The notes: generated by a model from the sequence alone, not told the origin. DNA of 64,000 nucleotides from Anaerolineae bacterium (GCA_027021705.1 JALUTT010000077.1:32001-96000); one strand, 5' to 3'. Positions 8,010 through 17,200 are shown, counted from the stretch's first letter. Program-made: numbers and translations.

Positions 8010-8197
8010 GGCTTCTGATGATCGCGCTGGTGCTGGTGTTGTCGGCCTTCGTGCCCGGTACGACGGTGGTTGAGGGAACGATGAAGGGGACGGCCACCCT
8101 CGGCCTCGCCCGCCTGACCATCGGGCGGGCGACGGTCCGCGTCACCCTGCACCCCTACCGGCCCAACCGGGTGTACTACCGTCTGGCGGTGACGTAG
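8003..8197 (+). CDS. Small secreted/membrane hypothetical protein
   Basis: Hydrophobic N-terminus MLRLLMIALVLVLSAF; coupled to neighbours. Confidence 0.5.
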   Translation: MLRLLMIALVLVLSAFVPGTTVVEGTMKGTATLGLARLTIGRATVRVTLHPYRPNRVYYRLAVT

Positions 8198-8599
8198 ATG
8201 GACGACCGGGATCGGCTCTGGGCAGCCTGGAGAGAGGAACAGGCAAGGCGCTGGCGGGCCTTCGCCGATTCCCTGACGCCGGATCAGCGAGAACTGCTCC
8301 GACGCTATGAGGAAGCCTGTCGGCAGGTGGCCCGGTTGCGCCGGATGGAATCGGCCCGGAGGCGCGGGCGGCCTTACCGGGGGCAGCCGGTGCCCCGGCC
8401 TTGGACCGAAGTCGGGGGCATCGTCCGGTGGCACGACACCCGGTGGCGCGTCGCCCGGCGCTACCGGATGAGCGAGGTGGGCAGGCTGGAAGCCGAGGAC
8501 CGTTGGCTGGTGGACCTGGAGCCGTTGGAAGAGGGATGGGACCCCTACGTGGGGGTCCCCGAGTCTGAAATCGAGGAATGGAACGATGAAAGTAAGTGA
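8198..8599 (+). CDS. Hypothetical protein
   Basis: Starts immediately after the upstream stop codon. Confidence 0.55.
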   Translation: MDDRDRLWAAWREEQARRWRAFADSLTPDQRELLRRYEEACRQVARLRRMESARRRGRPYRGQPVPRPWTEVGGIVRWHDTRWRVARRYRMSEVGRLEAEDRWLVDLEPLEEGWDPYVGVPESEIEEWNDESK

Positions 8600-8780
8600 C
8601 GATCTGGTGTTAGAAGCGTGGCGAGGAGAGCAGCCGTACTTTCTACTGCGCAGCCTGGGGCGGGAGGAAGGCGGACAGGGGGTGATCATCCTGCCCGACG
8701 AAATCCCCGCCCTGATTGAGGCGCTGACCGAGGTGGTGAACGATGAGCAACGACCTGGCGGTGACCCACAACGCGGCTGA
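8586..8780 (+). CDS. Hypothetical protein
   Basis: Short ORF bridging two overlapping genes. Confidence 0.45.
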   Translation: MKVSDDLVLEAWRGEQPYFLLRSLGREEGGQGVIILPDEIPALIEALTEVVNDEQRPGGDPQRG

Positions 8781-9702
8781 GTTGCTGAGGCGAGAGGACC
8801 TGCTGGCAGCGTTCGCGGCGTTCCTCCGGCTCAACGTCGCCGAGGGTGACGCAAGCGCGGCCACGGTGCGGACCTACTGGAGCCAGGTACGCCAGTACGT
8901 GGCCTGGTGCCGGGAGCGGGGGCTGGACCCGGCCCTGGCCTCGGAGCACGACCTGCTGGAGTACCGCGCCTGGCTGGCCGAACGCTACACGCGGGCGACG
9001 GTGGCCACCAAACTCGCGGCGGTGCGCCGGCTCTACCAGGCCGCCGTCTGGCGGGGGATGAGGGCCGACAACCCCGCTGCCGGCCTGAAGGCCCCGAAGG
9101 AAAAGACGGCCAGGGAGGAGCGGGTGAAGTTTCTGCCGCTGGAGGGGCTCAAGCGGCTCCTCCAGGCCCCCCAGGGCGACGGGGCCAAGGGCCGGCGGGA
9201 TAGGGCGATGCTGGCCCTGATGGGCGTCCACGGCTTGCGTGTAAGCGAGGTGGCCGGGCTGGATGTGGACGACCTCGACCTCGACCAAGGTCGGGTCACG
9301 GTCACCGGCAAGGGCCGGAAGACGCGCACCGTCTACCTGACGGAGCAGACCGCGCAGGCCCTGGCCGCTTGGCTGGAGGCGCGGGATCGGGTGGCCGCCG
9401 AGGATGAGCCGGCCCTGTTCGTCAGCCTTCGCCATCCTGACCCGGGCACCCGGATGAGCGCGAGGTCAATCCGCTACCTGGTGGACGGCTACCTGGAGCG
9501 GCTGGGGCTCAAGGGGGAAGGGATAAGCTGCCACAGCCTGCGGCATAGTGCCGCGACCTGGGCGCGGGCCGGGGGCGCGGCCCTGGACGCCATTGCCGGG
9601 ATGCTGGGGCATTCGTCGGTGACGACGACGCAGGTCTACGCCCGGATCGTGGACCGGATGACCGAGAACCCGGCCCGCTACCTGGAGGCCCTGCTGGGAT
9701 AG
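8743..9702 (+). CDS. Tyrosine recombinase (XerC/D-like, internal)
   Basis: SAM-like N-domain; GLRVSE, GKGRK, HSLRH, LGH and TQVY give a complete catalytic set. Confidence 0.92.
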   Translation: MSNDLAVTHNAAELLRREDLLAAFAAFLRLNVAEGDASAATVRTYWSQVRQYVAWCRERGLDPALASEHDLLEYRAWLAERYTRATVATKLAAVRRLYQAAVWRGMRADNPAAGLKAPKEKTAREERVKFLPLEGLKRLLQAPQGDGAKGRRDRAMLALMGVHGLRVSEVAGLDVDDLDLDQGRVTVTGKGRKTRTVYLTEQTAQALAAWLEARDRVAAEDEPALFVSLRHPDPGTRMSARSIRYLVDGYLERLGLKGEGISCHSLRHSAATWARAGGAALDAIAGMLGHSSVTTTQVYARIVDRMTENPARYLEALLG

Positions 9703-9859
9703 GGGAGGGAGGCTTGCTCTCGCCCTCTCTCCCCTTCCCAGGGAAAGGGCCGGTGCTTCCTGTTATTGGGATTATCGGAAGCAACGCTGACAGTCGTATA
9801 CTGTATAATCCGCATTTTGTCAAGGGCACTTGTGTTTGAACTGCCTACAGCAGTCGTTC

Positions 9860-9888
9860 TTGACACCTACAGGGAGGAGTGTTATAAT
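9860..9888 (+). promoter_or_regulatory. Consensus sigma70 promoter of the replication operon
   Basis: TTGACA(9860-65)-17 bp-TATAAT(9883-88) with extended TG. Confidence 0.88.
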
Positions 9889-9965
9889 CCTGCGTGTATA
9901 ACACAATGAGAGGGGACACTGGAGGAGGATGTGCCCACAGTGTCCCCTTTTGCTAGGAGGACACA

Positions 9966-10133
9966 ATGCGCAAACACTTCGTGGGGTTCCGCCTTGAGCC
10001 GCACCTGTATCACGCTTTGAAAACACAGGCGCGGCAGCGTGGCAACACCGTCTCTGAGGAGATTCGGCTGGCGATTCGGGAATACCTGAAGAAAAGGAGT
10101 AAAAAAACAAGGAGTAAACGATGGCTATCGTAA
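9966..10133 (+). CDS. Ribbon-helix-helix (CopG/Arc-like) repressor, 55 aa, not in ORF track
   Basis: MRKHFVGFRLEPHLYHALKTQARQRGNTVSEEIRLAIREYL; AGGAGG RBS; overlaps the primase start. Confidence 0.75.
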   Translation: MRKHFVGFRLEPHLYHALKTQARQRGNTVSEEIRLAIREYLKKRSKKTRSKRWLS

Positions 10134-13100
10134 CCCGTAGGAACGAAAGAAGGCCCGCTACAGCGGGGGATGCTGGCGGGCCGGGCGGGAATAACCACCG
10201 AGTTGTTTCTGCCCCACATTATACCCCAAATTCCCCCAACGGTCAAGTACCGCGCGAGGTCCTTGACGCAATCAAGGACCGCGTGGACTTCCCCCGCCTG
10301 TTCGAGGAGGTCTTCGGGATCACCTTGCCCCGTTCCCCCAACGGACGGGGGTCGGTGAAGGTCCGCTGCCCCCGGCCCAATCACCTCGACCGGGACCCGA
10401 GCTGTACCGTCTACCACAACCGCGTCCACTGCTTCGGCTGTAACTGGCACGCCGATGTCATTAACCTGGTGAGGGAGCGGTACGGGGTGGGATTCCGGGA
10501 AGCCGTGCGTATCCTGGCGGCTCAGGTCGGGTATCCGCTCTCCTCCCTCACCCCTGAGCAGGTCCAAGCGATGCAGACACAGCGGGAATACGAGGACGGC
10601 TTGATCCGGGCGGCAGCGTTCTTCCACCAACACCTGCTGGAATCGGAGGCCGGGATGGAGTACGCCCGGAGCCGCTGGTCCGAGGAGGCGATCCGGGCGG
10701 AGTGGATCGGCTTTGCCGACGGCTCCCCTCTACCCGACCTGGGCAACGAACAGGCTCGGCAGGTGGCGGAGGCCGTCAACCGCTGGGCGGCCCGGGTCGG
10801 CGGGGCCGTTGTCTACGCCCACCGACGGGGCGGGCGCGTTGTCTACCTCTCGGCCCGGTCCATCCGGGAGAAAAAACACTACAACCCCCCCGGCCGCTTC
10901 GCCGGTCCGAAACAGCCCTACGTCAACTCCGTCTATTCCTCCCGGTCCGACGAGGTGATCATCGTCGAAGGGCAGGCGTGCGCCATCACGCTGGCCGGGT
11001 GGGGCTTTCCTGCCGTCGCCCTGGCGGGAAGCAGTCCGTCCGAGGACCTGGCCCGGCTGCTACGGGGGGAGCGGGATGTCTACGTCATCCCCGACGCCGA
11101 CGGAAGAACCGATGTCCAGGGCTTGGTGGAGGCCCTGGGGCCACAGATCATCGTGGTCACCCTGCCGGACGGGGTTGCCGACGTGAACGACTGGGCACGG
11201 AAGGACGGGACGGCGGAGGCGCTGAGGGACCGCCTGAACGAGGCCCCGGAGTGGCTGGAGCAGCAGATCACAGAGATCGCCGAGATGCCGAAGGGCCGCC
11301 GGCGGGATAGGGAGATGGAGAGGGTGTTCCGGTGGCTGAAACCCCTTCCCCCCCTCGACTGGGAACGCTACGGGGCGTTGGTGTGCGAGGACCTAAAACT
11401 CCTCTCACGACGGACGTTCAACAGGATGCTCAAGCAGACGGAGGCCGTCGAGATCGAGGGCAACCGCTACCTGGTCCGAGAGGGGAGGCTGTGCATCGAG
11501 CACCGGAAGGACGGGGGACGCTACGTTGAGCCTCTGTGCAACTTCGCGGCCAGGGTGACGACCGACATCACCTATGACGACGGGCAAGAAACCGTCCGCC
11601 GTTTCATCGTAGAGGGCCAACTGGAGGACGGGACCGCCCTTCCCCCCGCCCTAGTGGACGCGGGCAAATTCCCGGACATGAAGTGGATCACCGAGGCGTG
11701 GGGATCGAGGGCCATCGTTGCCGCCGGACACGGGAAGCGAGACCAACTACGGGAAGCGATCCAGCGGCTTAGCGGTGAGGTGGTCACCAAACGGGTGTAC
11801 ACACACCTCGGCTGGCGACAGATTGACGGGAAGCGGTGCTACCTGCACGCGGGCGGGGCGCTGGGACACGACGGCGTGGAAGTGGAACCGGCAAAGGAAC
11901 TGACCCGCTACCGGCTGCCCAACGAGCCTGACGACGTGCGCGGTGCGATGGAGGCCAGCCTACGGCTTCTGGAGATGGCCCCTCTCCGGCTCACCGTCCC
12001 CCTCTGGGCGTCGGTCTGGTTGGCCCCCGTGTCGGAGATCGTCCACCCGGACTTCGTGCTCTGGCTCTACGGTCGGACGGGGACCTTCAAGAGCAGTATG
12101 GCGGCCCTCTTCCTCTCCCACTACGGCGGGCCGTTCACGGCCAAGGACTTGCCGGGGTGGTGGTCCACGGCCAACGCGCTGGAGAAGCTATGCTATCTCA
12201 CCAAGGACGCACTGCTGGTCATTGACGACTTCGCCCCGAAGAGCAACCCCCGTGAGGCCAGGGAGCAGAGGGCGACGGTGAACCGGATCATCCGTGCCGT
12301 CGGCAATCGGGCCGGCCGGCAACGGCTCAACCGCAACCTGCGCCTGCGGAAGTCCTACCCCCCTCGCGGTCTGGTCATCTCAACGGGGGAGATGATCCCC
12401 GGCTTGCAGTCCGTTGTAGCCAGGCTGTACGTTGTCGAGGTGGGGCAAGGAGACGTGGACCGGGAGCGACTGAGCGCGGCCCAGGCGGAAGCCGAACGAT
12501 ACCCCCACGCGCTGGCCGGATACGTGCTCTGGCTCTCGGAGCAGTGGGACGAACTCAGGCAATCGCTTCCCCGGCAACTGAGGGAGATCCGCGATAGACT
12601 GGTGTCGGAGGTAGGGGGAGAACATATGCGCCTCCCCAATGCACTGGCTATGTTGTACCTGGGATTTGACCTGGGGTTGCAGTACGCAGTTGAGGTTGGG
12701 GCTCTGAGTGAGGAAGAGGCAAACGGGTGGCGCAATGCCGGATGGACTGCCCTTACCGCGTCGGCAGAAGCCCATAGCCGCCAGGTGGCAGCCGAGAGCC
12801 CCACCGGCCTCTACTTTGAGGCCCTGGAGGAGTTGCTGGCCCAGAGGAAGGTGAGGCTTAAGTCTGTACAGGGCGGTTCCATCGTGGGATCGGAAGAGGG
12901 GGAACACATCGGATGGTACGACGATGACCACATCTACCTGCTTCCCCGGGTCGCATACAAAGCGGTCAACGACCTTCTCCGGGGCACGGGGCGAGACTTT
13001 CCCCTCGACGAGCGAGCGCTGCGCAAGTACCTGGCGGAAGAGGGGTATTTGGAACGGCAGGGTGAGCGGTACACCGTCCTAAAGCGGACACCGGCGGGGC

Positions 13101-13168
13101 GCCGGCACGTGTTGAAAATACGCCGGGAGCGGGTGACACTGCTCCCGGAGGAGGGTTCTCCAGGGTAA
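10121..13168 (+). CDS. Fused DNA primase-helicase (CHC2 Zn finger, Toprim, DUF927/SF3-like helicase)
   Basis: CPRPNH..HCFGC; IIVEGQ..PDAD Toprim; GRTGTFKS Walker A and LLVIDD Walker B. Confidence 0.88.
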   Translation: MAIVTRRNERRPATAGDAGGPGGNNHRVVSAPHYTPNSPNGQVPREVLDAIKDRVDFPRLFEEVFGITLPRSPNGRGSVKVRCPRPNHLDRDPSCTVYHNRVHCFGCNWHADVINLVRERYGVGFREAVRILAAQVGYPLSSLTPEQVQAMQTQREYEDGLIRAAAFFHQHLLESEAGMEYARSRWSEEAIRAEWIGFADGSPLPDLGNEQARQVAEAVNRWAARVGGAVVYAHRRGGRVVYLSARSIREKKHYNPPGRFAGPKQPYVNSVYSSRSDEVIIVEGQACAITLAGWGFPAVALAGSSPSEDLARLLRGERDVYVIPDADGRTDVQGLVEALGPQIIVVTLPDGVADVNDWARKDGTAEALRDRLNEAPEWLEQQITEIAEMPKGRRRDREMERVFRWLKPLPPLDWERYGALVCEDLKLLSRRTFNRMLKQTEAVEIEGNRYLVREGRLCIEHRKDGGRYVEPLCNFAARVTTDITYDDGQETVRRFIVEGQLEDGTALPPALVDAGKFPDMKWITEAWGSRAIVAAGHGKRDQLREAIQRLSGEVVTKRVYTHLGWRQIDGKRCYLHAGGALGHDGVEVEPAKELTRYRLPNEPDDVRGAMEASLRLLEMAPLRLTVPLWASVWLAPVSEIVHPDFVLWLYGRTGTFKSSMAALFLSHYGGPFTAKDLPGWWSTANALEKLCYLTKDALLVIDDFAPKSNPREAREQRATVNRIIRAVGNRAGRQRLNRNLRLRKSYPPRGLVISTGEMIPGLQSVVARLYVVEVGQGDVDRERLSAAQAEAERYPHALAGYVLWLSEQWDELRQSLPRQLREIRDRLVSEVGGEHMRLPNALAMLYLGFDLGLQYAVEVGALSEEEANGWRNAGWTALTASAEAHSRQVAAESPTGLYFEALEELLAQRKVRLKSVQGGSIVGSEEGEHIGWYDDDHIYLLPRVAYKAVNDLLRGTGRDFPLDERALRKYLAEEGYLERQGERYTVLKRTPAGRRHVLKIRRERVTLLPEEGSPG

Positions 13169-13172
13169 AGGC

Positions 13173-13350
13173 TGTCACCAGTGTCACCAGTTTTGTCACC
13201 AGTTTTTATGTCAACTGGTGACAGGCTTTCTCCTGGGAGAAGACACTTTATACAAGGAAACACTTACGCTTAAGTTCCTCGGTGTCACCAGTGTCACCAG
13301 TGTCACCAGTCAGAGATACAGGGTATCTTTTGGGAGAAAAATTTTTCCGC
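13173..13350 (-). repeat. Iteron-rich long inverted repeat, right copy
   Basis: tgtcaccag repeats; its reverse complement aligns with 2468-2646 with few mismatches in the core. Confidence 0.9.
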
Positions 13351-13366
13351 CTCTGGAGGGTAGACG

Positions 13367-13642
13367 ATGGGGTACCGGCTTATACTACCGTCTGTGCTCT
13401 CGGAAGTAGAGCGTCCGGCGCAAGGAGAACGGACCGAGCGCCCTTCCGCCCTTGTTCGGCCCCCCATCCCTGAGCCGGACTGGGAAGCGTTGGGCATCTG
13501 CTTTCCCCTGGACCTACGGGAGCTCCCTTGGGCGTGCGCAAGGCTGGAACAAGCCGGCTACGACGCCTGGGTTGAGGACGACGGATGGCAATTGGTCCTG
13601 CGATACCGCCTAAACACACAGACGAAGGGGGGTGAACGATGA
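13367..13642 (+). CDS. Hypothetical protein
   Basis: GGAGG RBS; ATGA overlap with the integrase. Confidence 0.55.
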   Translation: MGYRLILPSVLSEVERPAQGERTERPSALVRPPIPEPDWEALGICFPLDLRELPWACARLEQAGYDAWVEDDGWQLVLRYRLNTQTKGGER

Positions 13643-14595
13643 GACTTCTGGAGGCCGTTGATGCATTCTTGACCGCGACCAGGGCCGACGGTCGCAGCCC
13701 CAAGACGGTGGACAGCTACCGGCGGAAGCTGAAACCCCTGACGGACTTCCTGGGCGACGTGCCGGTCGAGGCGATCACCGCCGACGATCTACGGAAGTAC
13801 ATTACCGACCTGATGGATCGGCGGACCAGGTGGCGTGAGCACCCGAAGCACCGGGAACGGGAGGGTGGGCTTTCGCCCTTCACCGTCGCCGGTCACGTTC
13901 GGGCTCTCAAGCGGCTGTTCAACTGGCTGGAAGGCGAGGGGGTGATCACGAACAATCCCGCCCGCCGTATCAAGACACACCAGCCGAAACAGCGGACGTT
14001 GAAGGCGGTCTCCGTCGAGGACTTCCTGGCACTGCTGGCCACCACCCAGGGGGAAGGGGTGTCGGACCTACGGGATCGTGCTATCATCCTCTTCCTGGCC
14101 GATACGGGATGTCGAATCGGGGGGCTGTGTGGGCTGAGGCTGGACGACCTGGACCTGGAGGAAGAGGTTGCCTTCGTCACGGAGAAGGGGGGGAAGACGC
14201 GCCCGGTGCCCTTTACCACGGTGACGGCAGAGGCGTTGAGGGCCTGGCTGGCCGTGAGGCCCGACGCCGGCGAGTACGTCTTCGTCAGCCTGGGCAACAA
14301 GGCAGTCGGGCGTCTCACACCCAACGGGGTGCGGCAGATGCTGAGGCGACGGGCGAAGCAGGCCGGGATAACGCGGCCCGTCAACCCCCACGCCTTCCGG
14401 CATGCCTTTGCAAGGGAGTATCTGCTGAACGGTGGCGATCTGGCGACGCTTGCCGACCTGCTAGGGCACAGCAGCGTTGAGGTCACCCGGTTTTTCTACG
14501 CGAGGTTTCGGTACAAAGAGCTGAAGGAAAAGCACGACCGTCATAGTCCGGTAGCGCGATTAGTCGAGAAAGGAGGGCTCCGTGTCCGCTCTTAA
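13639..14595 (+). CDS. int: Tyrosine integrase adjacent to attR
   Basis: TGCRIG, EKGGK, HAFRH, LGH and FY motifs; stop codon lies inside the att repeat. Confidence 0.92.
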   Translation: MRLLEAVDAFLTATRADGRSPKTVDSYRRKLKPLTDFLGDVPVEAITADDLRKYITDLMDRRTRWREHPKHREREGGLSPFTVAGHVRALKRLFNWLEGEGVITNNPARRIKTHQPKQRTLKAVSVEDFLALLATTQGEGVSDLRDRAIILFLADTGCRIGGLCGLRLDDLDLEEEVAFVTEKGGKTRPVPFTTVTAEALRAWLAVRPDAGEYVFVSLGNKAVGRLTPNGVRQMLRRRAKQAGITRPVNPHAFRHAFAREYLLNGGDLATLADLLGHSSVEVTRFFYARFRYKELKEKHDRHSPVARLVEKGGLRVRS

Positions 14596-14633
14596 TCCCT
14601 TGGTTGCAGGTTCGAGTCCTGCGCGGGTCACCT
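14589..14633 (+). repeat. attR core (duplicated tRNA-Lys 3' half)
   Basis: 45-bp identity to 2041-2085. Confidence 0.95.
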
Positions 14634-14705
14634 ACCTGTTCGTAGCCCTCTTGGCTATCCCAACTGAAAGATGAGCCCTCGATGAGGGCGCACGTCAGTG
14701 CGCCC

Positions 14706-14900
14706 TCATGTGTTCCATCTCCACGCGACCAACCGCAACACCTGGACCTCCTGATCCGTCAGCCCGGCGGCTTCCACAGGGGGCTGCCTTTCTCCCCGGG
14801 CCCAAGCCACCACCTTCCTCTTCACAGCCTGGCTGTACCACGTTTCCCCTCGAGTTACTGCTTGCACCGCTGCCACTATCACCTCCGACCCTTTCTCCGC
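14706..14900 (-). pseudogene. NarL/LuxR-type response regulator fragment
   Basis: EVIVAAVQAVTRGETWYSQAV...GLTDQEVQVLRLVA then a stop; lacks the N-terminal REC region and the rest of the HTH. Confidence 0.7.
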
Positions 14901-14952
14901 GTGAGCCGTCAAGGGAAGCGATCGGCCGGCCGTCGCGGGGTCTGGTGCACCC

Positions 14953-15768
14953 TCACACCTCTTCGGCGAAGCGGGGGCTGTAGTGGTGGAAAATGAGGTA
15001 GCCAATGAGGAGGGTGAGGAAGGCGGTCACGGCGGTGCGGAGGAAGAAGTCCAGGCCGGGCCGAGCCCCCCAGTAGAGGATGTCCCGATAGGAGGCAATG
15101 ATGGAAGCCATCGGGTTGAGCCGCCGCAGCCAGACCCGCAGGGGGACGGCCACGCCTAGGATGACCCGCTGCTCCGGCACCTGGTTGATGGGGTAGAAGA
15201 CCGGGGTCAGGAAGAACCAGGCCAGTAGGACCACCCCCAGAATGAGGTGGGTGTCCCGGTAGAAGACGTTCAGCGTGGACAGGATGAAGGCCATCCCGAT
15301 GGTGAAGGCGACCTGCACCAGGATCACCAAGGGGAGCAGCAGGGCCCACAGTGTGGGGGGGCGGCCCATCAAGGTGGCGAGCACGAAGTAGACGGGGAGG
15401 GCGATGAGGAAGTTGACCAGGTTGGAGAGGACGAGGGCGATGGGCAACACCTCGCGGGGGAAATAGACTTTCTTGATCAAATGGGCGTTGCCCACAATCG
15501 TGGCGGTCGCGCCGGCAACGGAATCCTGGAAGAAGTTCCAGGGGAGCAGGGCGCAGAGGATGAAGGCGGGGAAGGCCGGATAGGCGCTCTGACCGGCCAG
15601 GTACTTGAAGACGATGGTGAAGACCACCATCATCAGCAGCGGGTTGAGGAGCGACCACCCTACCCCTAGGATGGAGTTTTTGTAGCGGACCTTCAAGTCC
15701 CGCACGACCAGGTTGTAGATGAGCTCCTGGTAGCGCCACAGCTCGTAGAGCCTACCCAGCAAGCTCAT
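14953..15768 (-). CDS. ABC-2 polysaccharide export permease (Wzm-like)
   Basis: RDLKVRYKNSILGVGW, LIKKVYFPRE, LTPVFYP and LNPM motifs. Confidence 0.9.
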   Translation of the reverse strand: MSLLGRLYELWRYQELIYNLVVRDLKVRYKNSILGVGWSLLNPLLMMVVFTIVFKYLAGQSAYPAFPAFILCALLPWNFFQDSVAGATATIVGNAHLIKKVYFPREVLPIALVLSNLVNFLIALPVYFVLATLMGRPPTLWALLLPLVILVQVAFTIGMAFILSTLNVFYRDTHLILGVVLLAWFFLTPVFYPINQVPEQRVILGVAVPLRVWLRRLNPMASIIASYRDILYWGARPGLDFFLRTAVTAFLTLLIGYLIFHHYSPRFAEEV

Positions 15769-17015
15769 CCCGCCTCCTCTTGCTTCAGCGCGGTCAGGGC
15801 GGCCTGTCGGCCGGCGACAGGGCGGAGCAGCGCATCGTAGATGGCGACAATGCGCCGACCGGCCTGATCCCACGAGAACTGCTCGGCAGCCCGCCGTCGG
15901 AGGCGCTCGCCCAAGCGGACGGCTCCCTCTCGGTCCTTCAGCAGGCCGGCGATGGCATCGGCCAGGGCGATGGGGTTACCTGCCTCGGCGTAGATGCCCA
16001 GGGACCCCAGGTACTCCCGGCTGACCGGCGTGTCGAAGGCGACGGTGGGCAGGGCCATCGCCATGTAGTTGAGGATCTTGCCGCTCCCCTCGGTGGCCGA
16101 GAGCTTGGGGGCGACGGCGATGTCGGCCAGGGCCAGGTGGGCCGGGGCCTGCTCGTAGGGAACCTTGCCGGTGAAGGTTACCCATCCCTCCAGCCCCATC
16201 GCCCTGGCCCGCTGACGGTAGAGTTCCACAGCCGGGTAGCCCATGATCAGAAAGTGGGCCTTCGCCCCCCGGCGGCGGAGCTCCGCCGCTGCCTCTAGGA
16301 GCTTCCCCGTCCCCTGGTACTCGGCCAGCAACCCCAAATAGCCGACGACGGGCCGGTCTGGAGGGATGCCCAGCCGTGCCCGGTGGGCGGCGATCTCCGC
16401 CGGCGAGCGCCCTCCCCCCGGTCGGAAGAAGCTCAGGTTCACGGCATCGGGGAGGGGCTGGATCCGGTAGGAGGGAACGCCGAAGTCGTGGACGAGGAGA
16501 CCTGCCGCGTGGTGGGAGCTGGTCAGGATCGCGTCGGGCAGGTGGTCAATCCGCCGCTCCAGCCAGCGGGCGGGGCGGTACCAGGGGCCGTGGGGGTTCA
16601 GGAAGTTGTGGTCCACCATCTCCCCCGTCAGGCTCCCCTGGAAGTCGAAGATGAGGGGGAGCCGGCGCAGCCGGCTCAAGACGCCGCCGATGAGCGCCCC
16701 TTCGTGCAGGTGGGCGTGGATGAGGTCAAACCGCTCCCGCAGGACGAGGGTCAGCGCCTTCCAGGAGAGGAGCAGGTCGAAGGCGATCTTGTGGCGGGAG
16801 GAGCCGACCTCGTACTCGGCCCGCCAGGGGACCGGACGGGTGCGCAGGATGCGTAGGTCGGGCAGGTTGCGCCCCTTGTAGTAGGTGACGATGGTGACCT
16901 GGTGGCCCAGCTTCTGGAGGACGCGGGCCTCCTCCAGGATGCGCACGTGGCAGCCGTAATCGGCGAAGAAGGAGGTCGGCGCGATCATCAGGATACGGTA
17001 AGGCGTTGGGGGCAT
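15765..17015 (-). CDS. Glycosyltransferase family 4
   Basis: RILMIAPTSFF, DLIHAH, EGSGKILNYMAMALP; start reassigned to ATG 17015. Confidence 0.88.
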   Translation of the reverse strand: MPPTPYRILMIAPTSFFADYGCHVRILEEARVLQKLGHQVTIVTYYKGRNLPDLRILRTRPVPWRAEYEVGSSRHKIAFDLLLSWKALTLVLRERFDLIHAHLHEGALIGGVLSRLRRLPLIFDFQGSLTGEMVDHNFLNPHGPWYRPARWLERRIDHLPDAILTSSHHAAGLLVHDFGVPSYRIQPLPDAVNLSFFRPGGGRSPAEIAAHRARLGIPPDRPVVGYLGLLAEYQGTGKLLEAAAELRRRGAKAHFLIMGYPAVELYRQRARAMGLEGWVTFTGKVPYEQAPAHLALADIAVAPKLSATEGSGKILNYMAMALPTVAFDTPVSREYLGSLGIYAEAGNPIALADAIAGLLKDREGAVRLGERLRRRAAEQFSWDQAGRRIVAIYDALLRPVAGRQAALTALKQEEAG

Positions 17016-17084
17016 CGCTTGGCTCCTGGTCTGTGGTTTGACCGTTCTGGCTCTCCAGACCTCCGAGGTCTGGAAGAAAATATC

Positions 17085-17200
17085 ATTCAGCCTACCCTCC
17101 CGCAGGTCACCGGTCGAGGACACTTTCAGCCCCGATGGGCTATTTGAAGCACGGTTTCGCGTCGGAAACGTGCCTAACCTGCGGGAGGGTGAACAGTTAC
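17085..17200 (+). repeat. Repeat family A copy (~115 bp, structured)
   Basis: attcagcctaccctcccgcaggtcac...cctaacctgcgggagggtgaacag. Confidence 0.9.

Larger units (their letters stand above)
2041..14633 (+). mobile_element. Integrative element in tRNA-Lys (FtsK + primase-helicase + two tyrosine recombinases; AICE/satellite-like)
   Basis: Identical 45-bp repeat of the tRNA 3' half at both ends, integrase at the right end, and compact co-oriented genes for replication and transfer. Confidence 0.93.

Noticed and set aside
2041..14633. Prophage
   Set aside because: No recognisable terminase, portal, capsid, tail or lysis genes
14589..14633. Second tRNA-Lys gene
   Set aside because: Only the 3' half is present; it is attR
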